Assembly: GCA_965213925.1 (NCBI GenBank)
Contig: OZ243927.1
Span: forward strand, 3,040,001-3,104,000
Length of the DNA stretch: 64,000 bases
Origin: Trueperaceae bacterium
GTDB lineage: Bacteria; Deinococcota; Deinococci; Deinococcales; Trueperaceae
Direction of reading: 5' to 3'
Shown here piece after piece: positions 9,978 to 19,064 of the stretch. The notes beneath the pieces are model-generated. The model was given only the letters and a program-made list of their open reading frames with translations, did not search any database and was not told the DNA's origin. Position numbers and translations under genes: made by a program. Numbering within the stretch: the stretch's first letter is position 1; each line of letters opens with the position of its first letter.

Positions 9978-11063
9978 CTATACCTTTAGCCGCTCGTACT
10001 CATTTTCAGACGGCAAGCCCCACACCGCCCAGAACTCACCCGTCGCAGGCCTCATAATCGCTGCGCCGCACGACTCGACGTGGTGGGGTGGTTTCGAAGT
10101 GACGCAGATGGCGTCGGGGTCTCTTGTTGCGGCTTGCAAATCTTCTTCGGTGAGATTGCCCTTCGACAAGAGGTCATGACCTCTTGTTAGCCGCGCCTCA
10201 GAACTCGCTTGTGAGGTAGGCTCGCGGGTACGCTCGACGCTGCAAGTGGAAGAGGTCAGGCAGTGGTTCGTGTGGACGAGCGGTTCGTCGCTCAACTCGG
10301 TAATGTGCGTCTGCGTCGGCATCGCCTCGACGTTGTAGCCTTTGCCCGTTCGGTCCATCAAGAGGTAGTTGTGTGCACCTGCGAGTTTGGCATCGGTAAT
10401 ACAGGCTAGGGCGTCATCTGCGGTGGACTGCTCGAGCGCTTTGCGAATCACAAAAGGCCACGTCACGCCAACTTGCCCATCCGCGCCGCCTAAGTTGTTG
10501 ATGCCGATGGCGACGCCCTCACTGTTCATCCCGATCATGCCGACGCAACCCACGGTTGTAAAAGCTAAAAACTCGGGCTTACTTTCTGGCTTGCCGCGCA
10601 GCATGACGACGTGCGGCGTGGCGCTGTCGTGCATATCCCAAGTTTGCCCATAAAAGCCCTTCTGAGTTGCGGAAACTTCATTAGGGACTAAAAACGCGGT
10701 GCAGTTGTCCGCGCCTGCATGGGCAGGAACTTTTGAAGAATGCGTGCTGTAGACTAAGTCCACGAAGTCGGTAAAGCCACCCACGATCACGAGTTCGGCT
10801 AGGCTCAGCCCGGTTGCCTCGCCGATACCTCTTAACTCGTCCAGCGAGTGCGGCGCGTAGCGTTCGTGCTCGTCCACGCACGCCTTGGCTAGCGCCAAGA
10901 CCTCTTGCCTAGACAAATCTTGACCCGACCACTTAGGGTCGCCGCTCAATTTCACTCGCTCATGGGTAAACGCCACAATATCTTCTTTGAACGCCTGCCC
11001 GTGCTTGTAGCCCATCTCGAAAGGTGTGCCGGAAAGCTCTAGCACCCGTAGTTTCTTCGTCAT
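9978..11063 (-). CDS. C45 family autoproteolytic acyltransferase/hydrolase (Ntn-hydrolase)
   Basis: GTPFEMGYKHG, DNCTAF (putative Cys nucleophile), GQTWD, GMNSEGVAIGINNL, HTNH. Confidence 0.88.
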   Translation of the reverse strand: MTKKLRVLELSGTPFEMGYKHGQAFKEDIVAFTHERVKLSGDPKWSGQDLSRQEVLALAKACVDEHERYAPHSLDELRGIGEATGLSLAELVIVGGFTDFVDLVYSTHSSKVPAHAGADNCTAFLVPNEVSATQKGFYGQTWDMHDSATPHVVMLRGKPESKPEFLAFTTVGCVGMIGMNSEGVAIGINNLGGADGQVGVTWPFVIRKALEQSTADDALACITDAKLAGAHNYLLMDRTGKGYNVEAMPTQTHITELSDEPLVHTNHCLTSSTCSVERTREPTSQASSEARLTRGHDLLSKGNLTEEDLQAATRDPDAICVTSKPPHHVESCGAAIMRPATGEFWAVWGLPSENEYERLKV

Positions 11064-11131
11064 AGAGGTCAGTCTAGCAGATAAGGCGACGCCCCTTCGT
11101 TCGGCTTTAAGGACGTGTTAGGTTAGGACGA

Positions 11132-11599
11132 ATGGACTTCGACAAAGTAGACAGAAAGATTTTGAGCATCTTGCGCGAGAACGGGCGGGCGAGCCACGCG
11201 ATGATCGCCAAAGAGGTCGGCTTGAGCGCGCCTGCCGTAGGGGAGCGGGTGCGCAAGCTCGAGTCACACGGCGTGATCAAAGGCTATCAGGCGGTCTTGA
11301 ACCCGGACGCCCTCGGACTCGGAATTTGCGCCTTCGTCTCGATTGCGCCGCAGCCGCGCAACCCCGGCGCGAGTTTGGTCGACAACCTCATGACGCTGCC
11401 CGAAATCGAGGAGTTGCACGCTGTCGCGGGTCAGTACAGCTACGTTGCGAAGGTGCGCGTGCCGACGACGCAAGAGCTGGACGAGTTTTTAGATAGGCTC
11501 TGGATTTTGGAGGGCGTGGAGCGGGCGCAGACGACGATGGTCCTGCGCACGAGTTTAGAGCGCCCCGTCCACCTCCCTTTCGAATTTGAAGAGGTCTGA
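11132..11599 (+). CDS. Lrp/AsnC family transcriptional regulator
   Basis: DKVDRKILSILRENGRAS...VGLSAPAVGERVRKLESHGVIKGY HTH plus RAM domain. Confidence 0.95.
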   Translation: MDFDKVDRKILSILRENGRASHAMIAKEVGLSAPAVGERVRKLESHGVIKGYQAVLNPDALGLGICAFVSIAPQPRNPGASLVDNLMTLPEIEELHAVAGQYSYVAKVRVPTTQELDEFLDRLWILEGVERAQTTMVLRTSLERPVHLPFEFEEV

Positions 11600-11600
11600 C

Positions 11601-12779
11601 ATGATCGTTCCCAAAACGGTTCGCGCGCTAGGCGAAGACGACTTGGAGCAGATGTTCGCGGTGCGTGAGGTGGCGTTTTTAGAGCCCGCAGACCTCAGTG
11701 ACCCCAAAACGCTACAACGTTACAAAGACCGGCTCCCTTACACCAGGGGCTACTTCGACGAAAGCACGCTCACAAGCGTCTATACCCTCTTTCCCTTCGA
11801 GATGTACCTGGCAGGTCGGCGCGTGAAGATGGGCGGTCTGGCGGGCGTGGCGAGTAAGCCCGAATATCGGCGGCGCGGTCACATCGCGACGTTGTTAGGG
11901 GACGCCTTGGAGCAGCTCCGCGCGGCGGGCGTCGGGTGGTGCTTGGAGTACCCCTTTGACCCGCGCTTCTATGCGCGCTACGGCTGGCAGAGCGTGAAGA
12001 GCGGTGCGCTGGTTGAAGTTCCGAGTGAGACGTTATTAAGGGGGCGTGCGCCGGACGCTGTAAGGCTCGAGCGGGAAGACGCCCAACAGTTAAGACCAAT
12101 CTACAAGAGGTGGGCGCAAGGTTATAACTTCACGCTCTCGAGAGACGACGGCGCACGCCCCGACTGGGCCCGGCACGTCAGGCGACCTTGGGAGGCGCGC
12201 GACAGGTTTATCTACAAACTTGAGGACGCCTACTGCCTCCTGGACTTCCGCGAAGACGAAAAGGCACGGAGCGTGCTGAACGTTCACGACTACGCCTTCC
12301 TTTCGCCCGCCGGACGCCGCAACCTCTTCGCGTTCTTAGGCTCCTTTCACGGACAAGTCGACGTCGTTAGCTTGCACCTGCCGAGCGACGAGCCGCACCT
12401 CTTGGACTGGCAAGCGTACGTCCTCAACAATGACGAGGCGTTGCAGGCGCGGGTTGTGGACGTGAAGCTAGCGCTCGAGGCTCTCCCCTGCCCCTCCGAA
12501 ACGAGTTTCATATTGCGCGTAGAAGATGACTTCTGCGAGTGGAATAACCAGATATTTCAGGTCACGCTAGGAGAAGAGAATGAAGTGGCGCTCGCGCAGG
12601 GTGCTTCACCGGACTTCTCACTTAATGTCAGAACGCTTGCGCTCCTGCTATCGGGTAGTCTGAACGCGGAGGCGGCGCGGCGTGCCGGGCTTCTCGAGGG
12701 TAATACCAAAGTGGCGAGGGCTTTGGTGTCTCTCGCAGGCGAGCGAACCTCATTTATGCCCCTTTCAGACTATTTCTAA
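11601..12779 (+). CDS. Eis-like GNAT acetyltransferase (GNAT plus SCP2-like C-terminus)
   Basis: GLAGVASKPEYRRRGH acetyl-CoA motif, YPFDPRFYARYGW, RVVDVKLALEAL, VEDDFCEWN, C-terminal DYF. Confidence 0.88.
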   Translation: MIVPKTVRALGEDDLEQMFAVREVAFLEPADLSDPKTLQRYKDRLPYTRGYFDESTLTSVYTLFPFEMYLAGRRVKMGGLAGVASKPEYRRRGHIATLLGDALEQLRAAGVGWCLEYPFDPRFYARYGWQSVKSGALVEVPSETLLRGRAPDAVRLEREDAQQLRPIYKRWAQGYNFTLSRDDGARPDWARHVRRPWEARDRFIYKLEDAYCLLDFREDEKARSVLNVHDYAFLSPAGRRNLFAFLGSFHGQVDVVSLHLPSDEPHLLDWQAYVLNNDEALQARVVDVKLALEALPCPSETSFILRVEDDFCEWNNQIFQVTLGEENEVALAQGASPDFSLNVRTLALLLSGSLNAEAARRAGLLEGNTKVARALVSLAGERTSFMPLSDYF

Positions 12780-12887
12780 TTTTCTGTACTTTCTCTCGGT
12801 TCAGACAGCTTCAGTCCGTATTCGAGACCCACGTGGCTTAGATTCGTAGCGAGAATCTCGGCGCAGATACTCGAATATCTAAAACTA

Positions 12888-12916
12888 TTGACGAGTTATC
12901 TAAATACCTGTACTAT
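12888..12916 (+). promoter_or_regulatory. Sigma70 promoter positioned for a leaderless transcript
   Basis: TTGACG(12888)-17 bp-TACTAT(12911)-6 bp-ATG(12923), with no RBS. TATCTAAA direct repeats flank the -35. Confidence 0.7.
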
Positions 12917-12922
12917 CCGCTC

Positions 12923-14098
12923 ATGAAAATCTTTTCTGATAGGACCTTGCGTAAGCTTCTCTACGCCCTTCCTCTAATCTCGCTCCTCCTCTCGAGCTGC
13001 TCCTCTGCACAAGCGCCTAGCGATTTGAGTAGCCCTGAAGAGGTAGAGATTTATCTAAAAAACCAGATAAGTGAGGGAAGTCAAGACGTCGCCCTCGCCG
13101 TCTACAGCGTCAACGAAGACGGCACGCTCCGCATGGATGACGCGCTCGCGTACAACGAAGACACGCCGATGCCGCTCGCGTCGACGGTGAAAATCGTGGT
13201 GCTCGCTGCCTACGCGCAGGCGGTGGCGGAGGGGAGCTTGAACCCGGACGAAGAGGTCAGCGTGAGGGATTGGGAGGCGTACTATCTACCTTTTACGGAT
13301 GGGAACGCGCATTCGTTGGCGCTCGAGTCCTTAGGTATTGCGTCAGACGAATTCGGGTTTGCAGAGGAAGATGTGAGCGTCCGCTTAGACGACATCGCGA
13401 GCGCCATGATCGTTCAGAGCGACAACGCGGCGACGGACTACCTCATGAACCGCCTCGGCGACGGGGCATTGGTGCGCGTGATTGAGGAGAACAACTTGGC
13501 GCAGCAAGAGGTCCCGCTGAGCATCCTCGGTACGCTGCTCGCGCTCAACGAAGCCGAACGTGAGGGGCGCACCTACGCGCCCGACGAGTTCAGACTCGCG
13601 ACTGAACGTTACGAGGAGCGTTACGTTTCCGACAGCGCCTGGCGAGAGGCGCAGATAGAAGCGCCTCTCGCTTCGCTCGGCAGCTTCGACAAACAAGCTC
13701 GGGCGTTCCAAGCGTTTACCAGCGGCAGCGCCGAGGACTACGCACGCATCATGGCGGGTGTGGTGAGCGAGACCTTTATAGGTGCCGAAGCGAGCGGGGT
13801 GATGCGCAGGCATTTGGAATGGCCCATGCAGATTCCGGGCAACGAAGAGGTATTTCAGACGTTTGGAGCAAAAGGGGGCAGTTTACCGGGCATCGTTACC
13901 GAGGCGTCGTATCTGGTTCCGAAAGAGGGCGACTTCGCAGGTGAACCGCGCGTCGCCGTGCTCTTTCTCAACCGCTTGAGCGAAGCGGCTTCGGGGGGTC
14001 TCGCCGAGAGCTTCGCACAGCAAACCGTCTTACTTCAACTCGCGGTAGACCGCGCCGCTGTAGAACGCTTCGCTGATATAATGCGGCTTAGTGAGTGA
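12923..14098 (+). CDS. Serine hydrolase lipoprotein, class A beta-lactamase-like fold
   Basis: Lipobox LLSSC, SxxK (ASTVK), SDN and KGG motifs. Confidence 0.85.
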   Translation: MKIFSDRTLRKLLYALPLISLLLSSCSSAQAPSDLSSPEEVEIYLKNQISEGSQDVALAVYSVNEDGTLRMDDALAYNEDTPMPLASTVKIVVLAAYAQAVAEGSLNPDEEVSVRDWEAYYLPFTDGNAHSLALESLGIASDEFGFAEEDVSVRLDDIASAMIVQSDNAATDYLMNRLGDGALVRVIEENNLAQQEVPLSILGTLLALNEAEREGRTYAPDEFRLATERYEERYVSDSAWREAQIEAPLASLGSFDKQARAFQAFTSGSAEDYARIMAGVVSETFIGAEASGVMRRHLEWPMQIPGNEEVFQTFGAKGGSLPGIVTEASYLVPKEGDFAGEPRVAVLFLNRLSEAASGGLAESFAQQTVLLQLAVDRAAVERFADIMRLSE

Positions 14099-14693
14099 CC
14101 CACGCGAAGATAGCAGCGTACGTGAAGATGAGGTAGGAGAGCTTAGGCGGCGTTTAGAAGAGGTCGAGAAGCGGGTGGGAAGGCTCGAGAACCCTACGCT
14201 CGCTCGAGATGCGGATGATGAGGTCGCACCCGGCGAAGTCGACCACGCGCTTCTCAACCGCTTGAGTCACCGCGACGCACCCGAATATCGCACCGAATAC
14301 GCGAAGGGCGCTATGACCTACGCCGGGGCGTACCGCTCCCCCAACGGCGACTTTGTCTGGCAGAGCGAACGCCCCGCCCCGCTCCTCTTGCGCGCCTCGG
14401 CGGACGAACTGAGCGTGACACTCGCCGCACTCGCTCACAGCGCGCGCCTCACTATCGTGCAGTACCTCTTAGAGCACGGTCCGAGCGAACGCAGCACGCT
14501 ACAAGACCTCATCGGCACCGCCTCGTCGGGGCAGCTTTATCATCACCTCAACACACTTTTAGACGTGGGCGTGATCGTGCTGCTCAGGCGCGGCGTGTAC
14601 AGCGTACCGGCGGAAAACCTCATCAAACTGCTCGCGCTGCTGAGCGCGACCTACGACCTCGCCGAGACCGCGCCTGCGGAGGGCGACTCGTGA
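14091..14693 (+). CDS. ArsR-like winged-helix regulator with an N-terminal extension
   Basis: LAALAHSARLTIVQYLL...SSGQLYHHLNTLLDVG...RGVYSV. Overlaps the stop codon of the hydrolase. Confidence 0.85.
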   Translation: MSDPREDSSVREDEVGELRRRLEEVEKRVGRLENPTLARDADDEVAPGEVDHALLNRLSHRDAPEYRTEYAKGAMTYAGAYRSPNGDFVWQSERPAPLLLRASADELSVTLAALAHSARLTIVQYLLEHGPSERSTLQDLIGTASSGQLYHHLNTLLDVGVIVLLRRGVYSVPAENLIKLLALLSATYDLAETAPAEGDS

Positions 14694-14749
14694 GCACCCT
14701 CAGTTAATGTCAAGGTTTACAGCCTGAACTTGCGTCACACGAACATCTT

Positions 14750-15003
14750 CTAAAAAGCGTGCAAAACGACCAGTTGAATCCCGAAGCGCTTATTGAACAC
14801 CCGTGCGAAAGGGATGTGCCTGCCTGTCTTCTCAATACGGGTTAGGTCAATCTTCAAGCGCACATTTCCGCGCCTGCCCCGTCTCGGTAGCGCATAGAAC
14901 TGCGCGAACTGCCAGACGGTAAGCTCTTCCCAGAACACTTTATCCGGCGCGTGCTCACACAACAGCGGCTCGCTGTACTTGCCGAGATACCCGTGATGTT
15001 GCG
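14750..15003 (-). pseudogene. Degenerate DDE transposase fragment (IS701-like, tentative)
   Basis: [41 protein letters not shown] resembles the first-Asp region of Deinococcota transposases. The upstream part ([12 protein letters not shown]) is in another frame, and the fragment is truncated. Confidence 0.55.
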
Positions 15004-17534
15004 TTTTTACATCTCACAACTGCCGACCAGCACATACTTCTTCAATCCTCTGCATCTTTGCAAAAGTTAAGTTAGAAATACTACTTTCGCTCATAGAGCG
15101 CTCACTGTTTTGTTATCGTTACTGCGTCTGTTGCGCTAATTTACTCGGGATAGTTTGCTCCTTGTAGCTAGCGCGGTCTCAACCGCTAACCTCTTCACGC
15201 CGTCGTCTTTATCAGCTATCTCCCTGCAAGTCGTTAGCAAAAACCATAGCTCGGGAGGGCTCATGCAACGAAGCTTGTACCGTTTCATTCCGCTTTTACT
15301 TCTCTCTTTTCTTTTTGTCTCATGTACCGAGAATTTGACCAACAATAATAGCCAACCCTCTATCGTCAATTTTGTCCCCTCGCCCGAAAGGGTGAGTCCT
15401 GGCAGTGACGTCACCCTCTCCTGGACGGTCAACAACGCGACCACCATCACGATTGATAACGGTATCGGCGACGTGACCGCAGACACGGATAACCAGGTCA
15501 CAGTCAATCCTGTTGTAGACACGACTTACATTTTGACCGCAACTAATGTCCAGGGTGACGTTACCGCCCAAACCCAAGTTGAGATGATAGGCAACACCGG
15601 CAACACGGGCGACACGGCCGACCCCACCGGCTCGTTCGGCGTGAGTGACTCGCAAAATGGACCCTTCGAAGATGATCAGCCGGGCGGCATTGATGGCCCG
15701 AACGATAGCCGCATTGTCACAGTTGCGCCGGGCGGCACATTCTACGCGCAAGTCGCTTATAGCGACCCGAGCGGCATTAGCAATATTGACATCAACTTAG
15801 TGAACAGTGCCCCTCCAGGTCTCAAAGGAGAACTCGATCCGACGCAAGGACCTTTCACGTTAGGTAACGCGGTAGGCGGTTGTGACCTCTCAAGTAACCC
15901 CATAAGCGTAACCTGCGTCTACCCCATCAACGTCGCTGCTAACGCTCAAAGCATCACCGAGTTAGCCGACAGCGGCAGCGAGTTCGCCTACGTCTTCCGC
16001 ACGCAAGTCACCGATACCGCCGGAAACATCTCGGACGAGGCGAAGCGCGGGTACGTGATTATTGAAGAAGATAGCAACAATGGTGGCAACGGCGATCAGA
16101 ACAGCGCACCCACTGTAAGCATTGCCGACGTTAGCGACTTAACTTTAGATAATGGCAGCGCGACCGCAAGTCTGAACACAACCGTGACCGACCCTGAAAG
16201 TGATATCTTTGACTACCAGTGGAGCGTATCGAATGGTGAGGCAAGCAACGTCAGCTTCACCTCGGCAACGAGTGAAGACACTGATGTTACGTTCAGCGCA
16301 GCCGGAAGCTATACGCTCGAACTTACTGCAACTGATATAAATGACGCAAACAGCACTGGCTCTGCCACAGTTGCTGTAACTGTAAAAGCTGATGGCGGCG
16401 ATGAAAACCAAAACACTGCGCCAACTGTAAATGTGGGTACAGATCAGGAAATCACCTTACCTGACGATTCTGTTGACCTTAACGGAACGGTTGATGATGA
16501 TGGATTACCTGATGGTAGTAGCGTAACCACGACGTGGAGTAAAGAGAGCGGCGCTGGTACAGTAACCTTTGGCGACGCTTCATCAGTGAGCACCACCGCA
16601 ACATTTTCTGAAGCTGACACATACGTTTTAACCTTGACTGCTACAGACGGAGACGAAACCTCTTCCGATAATGTGACTGTCGTTGTTAATCCAGCGTCCC
16701 CGGAACCCACAGTGAGTATCGCGTCCGCTTCACAGGACAATCCTGAGTTGTCGGATGGAGAAGTGACCCTCGAGCTAACTGCAACCGCTAGCAATTTTGA
16801 CAGTGACGCGCTTGCTTACACATGGAGTTCTACTTCTGACGACTCCTCTACCGATGCAACATTTGATCCTAACGGGTCTACCGAAGCTGCTAGCACTACC
16901 GCAACCTTTACTGAGGTAGGTACATACGAGGTCAAGGTAACTGCGAATAGCGATTCAGAGGCAGCCACCGTTTCCGCAAGTGTTACGGTCGAACCGGGAC
17001 CGACTGCTGACGCTGGTACGGATCAAACAGTAGAGTTGGATGATGAAGTCACGCTTGATGGGTCGGGCTCGAGCGACCCCGACGGAAACACTTTAACCTA
17101 CTCATGGGCAATCGCTAATCAACCTATGAATAGCACTGCGACACTCAGCAACGAAACGACATCGACTCCGAACCTGACACCTGACGCTCCGGGTGATTAC
17201 ACCATCGAGCTAACTATTGAAAATACCAATGGTAGTAGCGACACAGATTCTGTCACTATTACGGCACTCGATCTGACTGAGCCGACGGGTACATTTGGAG
17301 TAAGCGCAAACGCTGACGGACCTTTTCTGAGCGACGGTAGTGAAGAAGGGTCCATCACTAGCCCAGATGATCCTAGAATTATTGATGTTGCACCTGGCGG
17401 TACGTTCTACGCGCAAGTAGCTTATAGCGACCCTGGTGGTATCGCGGATATTGTGATCGTTTTAAGAAACACTAGTCCAGAAGGCCTCTTTGGCACTCTT
17501 AATCCAAATCAGCAGTTCTTTACTTGGTAGTGGT

Positions 17535-18013
17535 TCAATCCCGAATGATTTCTAAGTTATAGCGAACGAGGAAACGGTGCAAGCAGGTAAGGTGCATATG
17601 CTCGGACTTGGAGAAGGCTAAGGTCTTGCGGACGAAGCGAGCGAGGCGTTGGCGTAAGGTGTTGTTAAAACGTTCGACATGAGCGGTTAAGCCAGAGGCT
17701 TTACTGACGGCTTGGTGGTGTTCGTCTGGTAGTACGCTTTGGTAGGCGTCCCAGAAGTCGCTGTAACAGAGACCTTGCTTGTAGCTTTGAGGGATACCTT
17801 TCCAGAGTTGCTTACAAGTAGCTGCGCCGCGCCCACCTATGACGCAGGCAACGACTTGACGGGTCTGCTTACATAGCGCCACCCATACCCAACGCTTCTT
17901 CGCTTTCTTCTGCACAAACGAGTGCATCTCGTCGAGTTCTAGCTCTACATGTTGAGGCTGGTCGAACGAGACAAGGGTATCTTTTAGAGCTGGGAGTTTT
18001 CTTCGTTTTTTTT
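17535..18013 (-). CDS. insB: IS1 InsB-like DDE domain, fused to InsA by a programmed -1 frameshift
   Basis: Slippery A8C run at 18013-18005. The -1 frame is open through RRKLPALKDT...ELDEMHSFV...YSDFWDAY...HVERFNNTLRQRLARFVRKT. Confidence 0.9.
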
Positions 18014-18262
18014 GAGCCAGCGACTCACTGTGCTACGCGCCACACCGAAGGTGCGCTCTAGTCCTCTCAAACTTGAACGCTCCTCGTAGGCACTTAGAAT
18101 CTCCTCTTTGCGCGGCTCGGTGTATCCGTTCGGGCTCGGCTCCTCGCGACTCTGCTTCTTACAGTCCTTACAGCGGTACTTCTGCTTGCCATTCGGCGCT
18201 ACGCCGTTCTTGACGATGTTCTCGCTGCCGCAGTGGTAACAGGTCAGTGTCTTCGTAACCAT
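17984..18262 (-). CDS. insA: IS1 InsA-like protein (zinc finger plus HTH)
   Basis: CYHCGS...KNG...GKQKYRCKDC zinc ribbon, followed by the SLRGLERTFGVARSTVSRW HTH. Confidence 0.9.
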   Translation of the reverse strand: MVTKTLTCYHCGSENIVKNGVAPNGKQKYRCKDCKKQSREEPSPNGYTEPRKEEILSAYEERSSLRGLERTFGVARSTVSRWLKKNEENSQL

Positions 18263-18565
18263 GCTCTATTATAGCATTCGGGGTGCGACCACTACCCTTT
18301 ACTTTAGGTGATCCGGTAGGAGACTGCGACCTCTCAGGTAGTCAGACAAGTGTAACCTGTACGTATCCGATTACGGTCGCTGACGACGCCGTAAATATTG
18401 ACGAGTTAGACGGTGCTGACAGTAGAGAGTTTGCTTACATCTTCCGTGCTGAAGTGATTGATAGTAGTGGTAACGCATCTGATTTTTCGTCACGAGGTTA
18501 CGTCATGGTCGAAGCGAGTAATGGTAGCAATTGAGCATTCTTAACATCAAAGTTGTTGATATACG

Positions 18566-18865
18566 CTAACAGGAACAATACTTCGGACAGGTTTTGGGTA
18601 TATAGCTCGCGTCCAGTGCGGCTACTAGGTCTCCCTTTCTAAAGCGCTGTGCTAGACAATTCAGGTTGAACCTCTCAAAATTAAAGCTGCGTCTGAATCC
18701 TCTTCGGTAGGTCTTCTCACTAAGTGCGCTGTGTCTCGCTAAACTACTAAAATTGAGCTTGTCGCAAAGTAGCAGCGTGGTGCTAAACAATTGTCGCAGA
18801 AAATCTCGTTGCCATTTGCCGACCTCTGGTATCTTCAACAGCGCTTCGTCTATATAGCAGTTCAC
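18566..18865 (-). pseudogene. N-terminal transposase remnant, truncated just after the first catalytic Asp
   Basis: KLNFSSLARHSALSEKTYRRGF...VAALDASYIPK pattern, after which the similarity ends abruptly. Confidence 0.65.
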
Positions 18866-19064
18866 ATAAGCACTGAGCTTGAGTCACGCAAGTATCATTT
18901 CCAAACGTGCGCGCTAGACTGCGTTCCCTCTTCTCGGATTGGCTCAAACCAAATGATACTTGCTATAATTCGTAGCAAGCCATCATCTGTTTGTTTCATC
19001 GCACATTCAAACTGGCGTGATGGCTTCTTTCTTTTCAAATCTGTCCGAAGTGTTGATAGTCACG

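Larger units (their letters stand above)
17526..18296 (-). mobile_element. IS1-family insertion sequence, 771 bp
   Basis: 22-bp IRs GGTAGTGGTTCAATCCCGAATG / GGTAGTGGTCGCACCCCGAATG (18/22 identical). 8-bp TSD CTTTACTT at 17518-17525 and 18297-18304. Confidence 0.96.
15263..18534 (+). pseudogene. Large surface lipoprotein with PKD/Ig-like repeats, interrupted by an IS1-family element
   Basis: ATG at 15263 after RBS GGAGG, lipobox LFVSC, PKD-like motifs (ADAGTDQTV, LDGSGSSDPDGNTLTYSW). Removing 17526-18304 restores one frame (...QQFFT|LGDPVGDCDLS...) of 830 aa ending at 18534. Confidence 0.9.

Noticed and set aside
17528..17530. TAG ending the 791-aa ORF as possible read-through or pyrrolysine recoding
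   Set aside because: The stop is contributed by the IS1 left inverted repeat.
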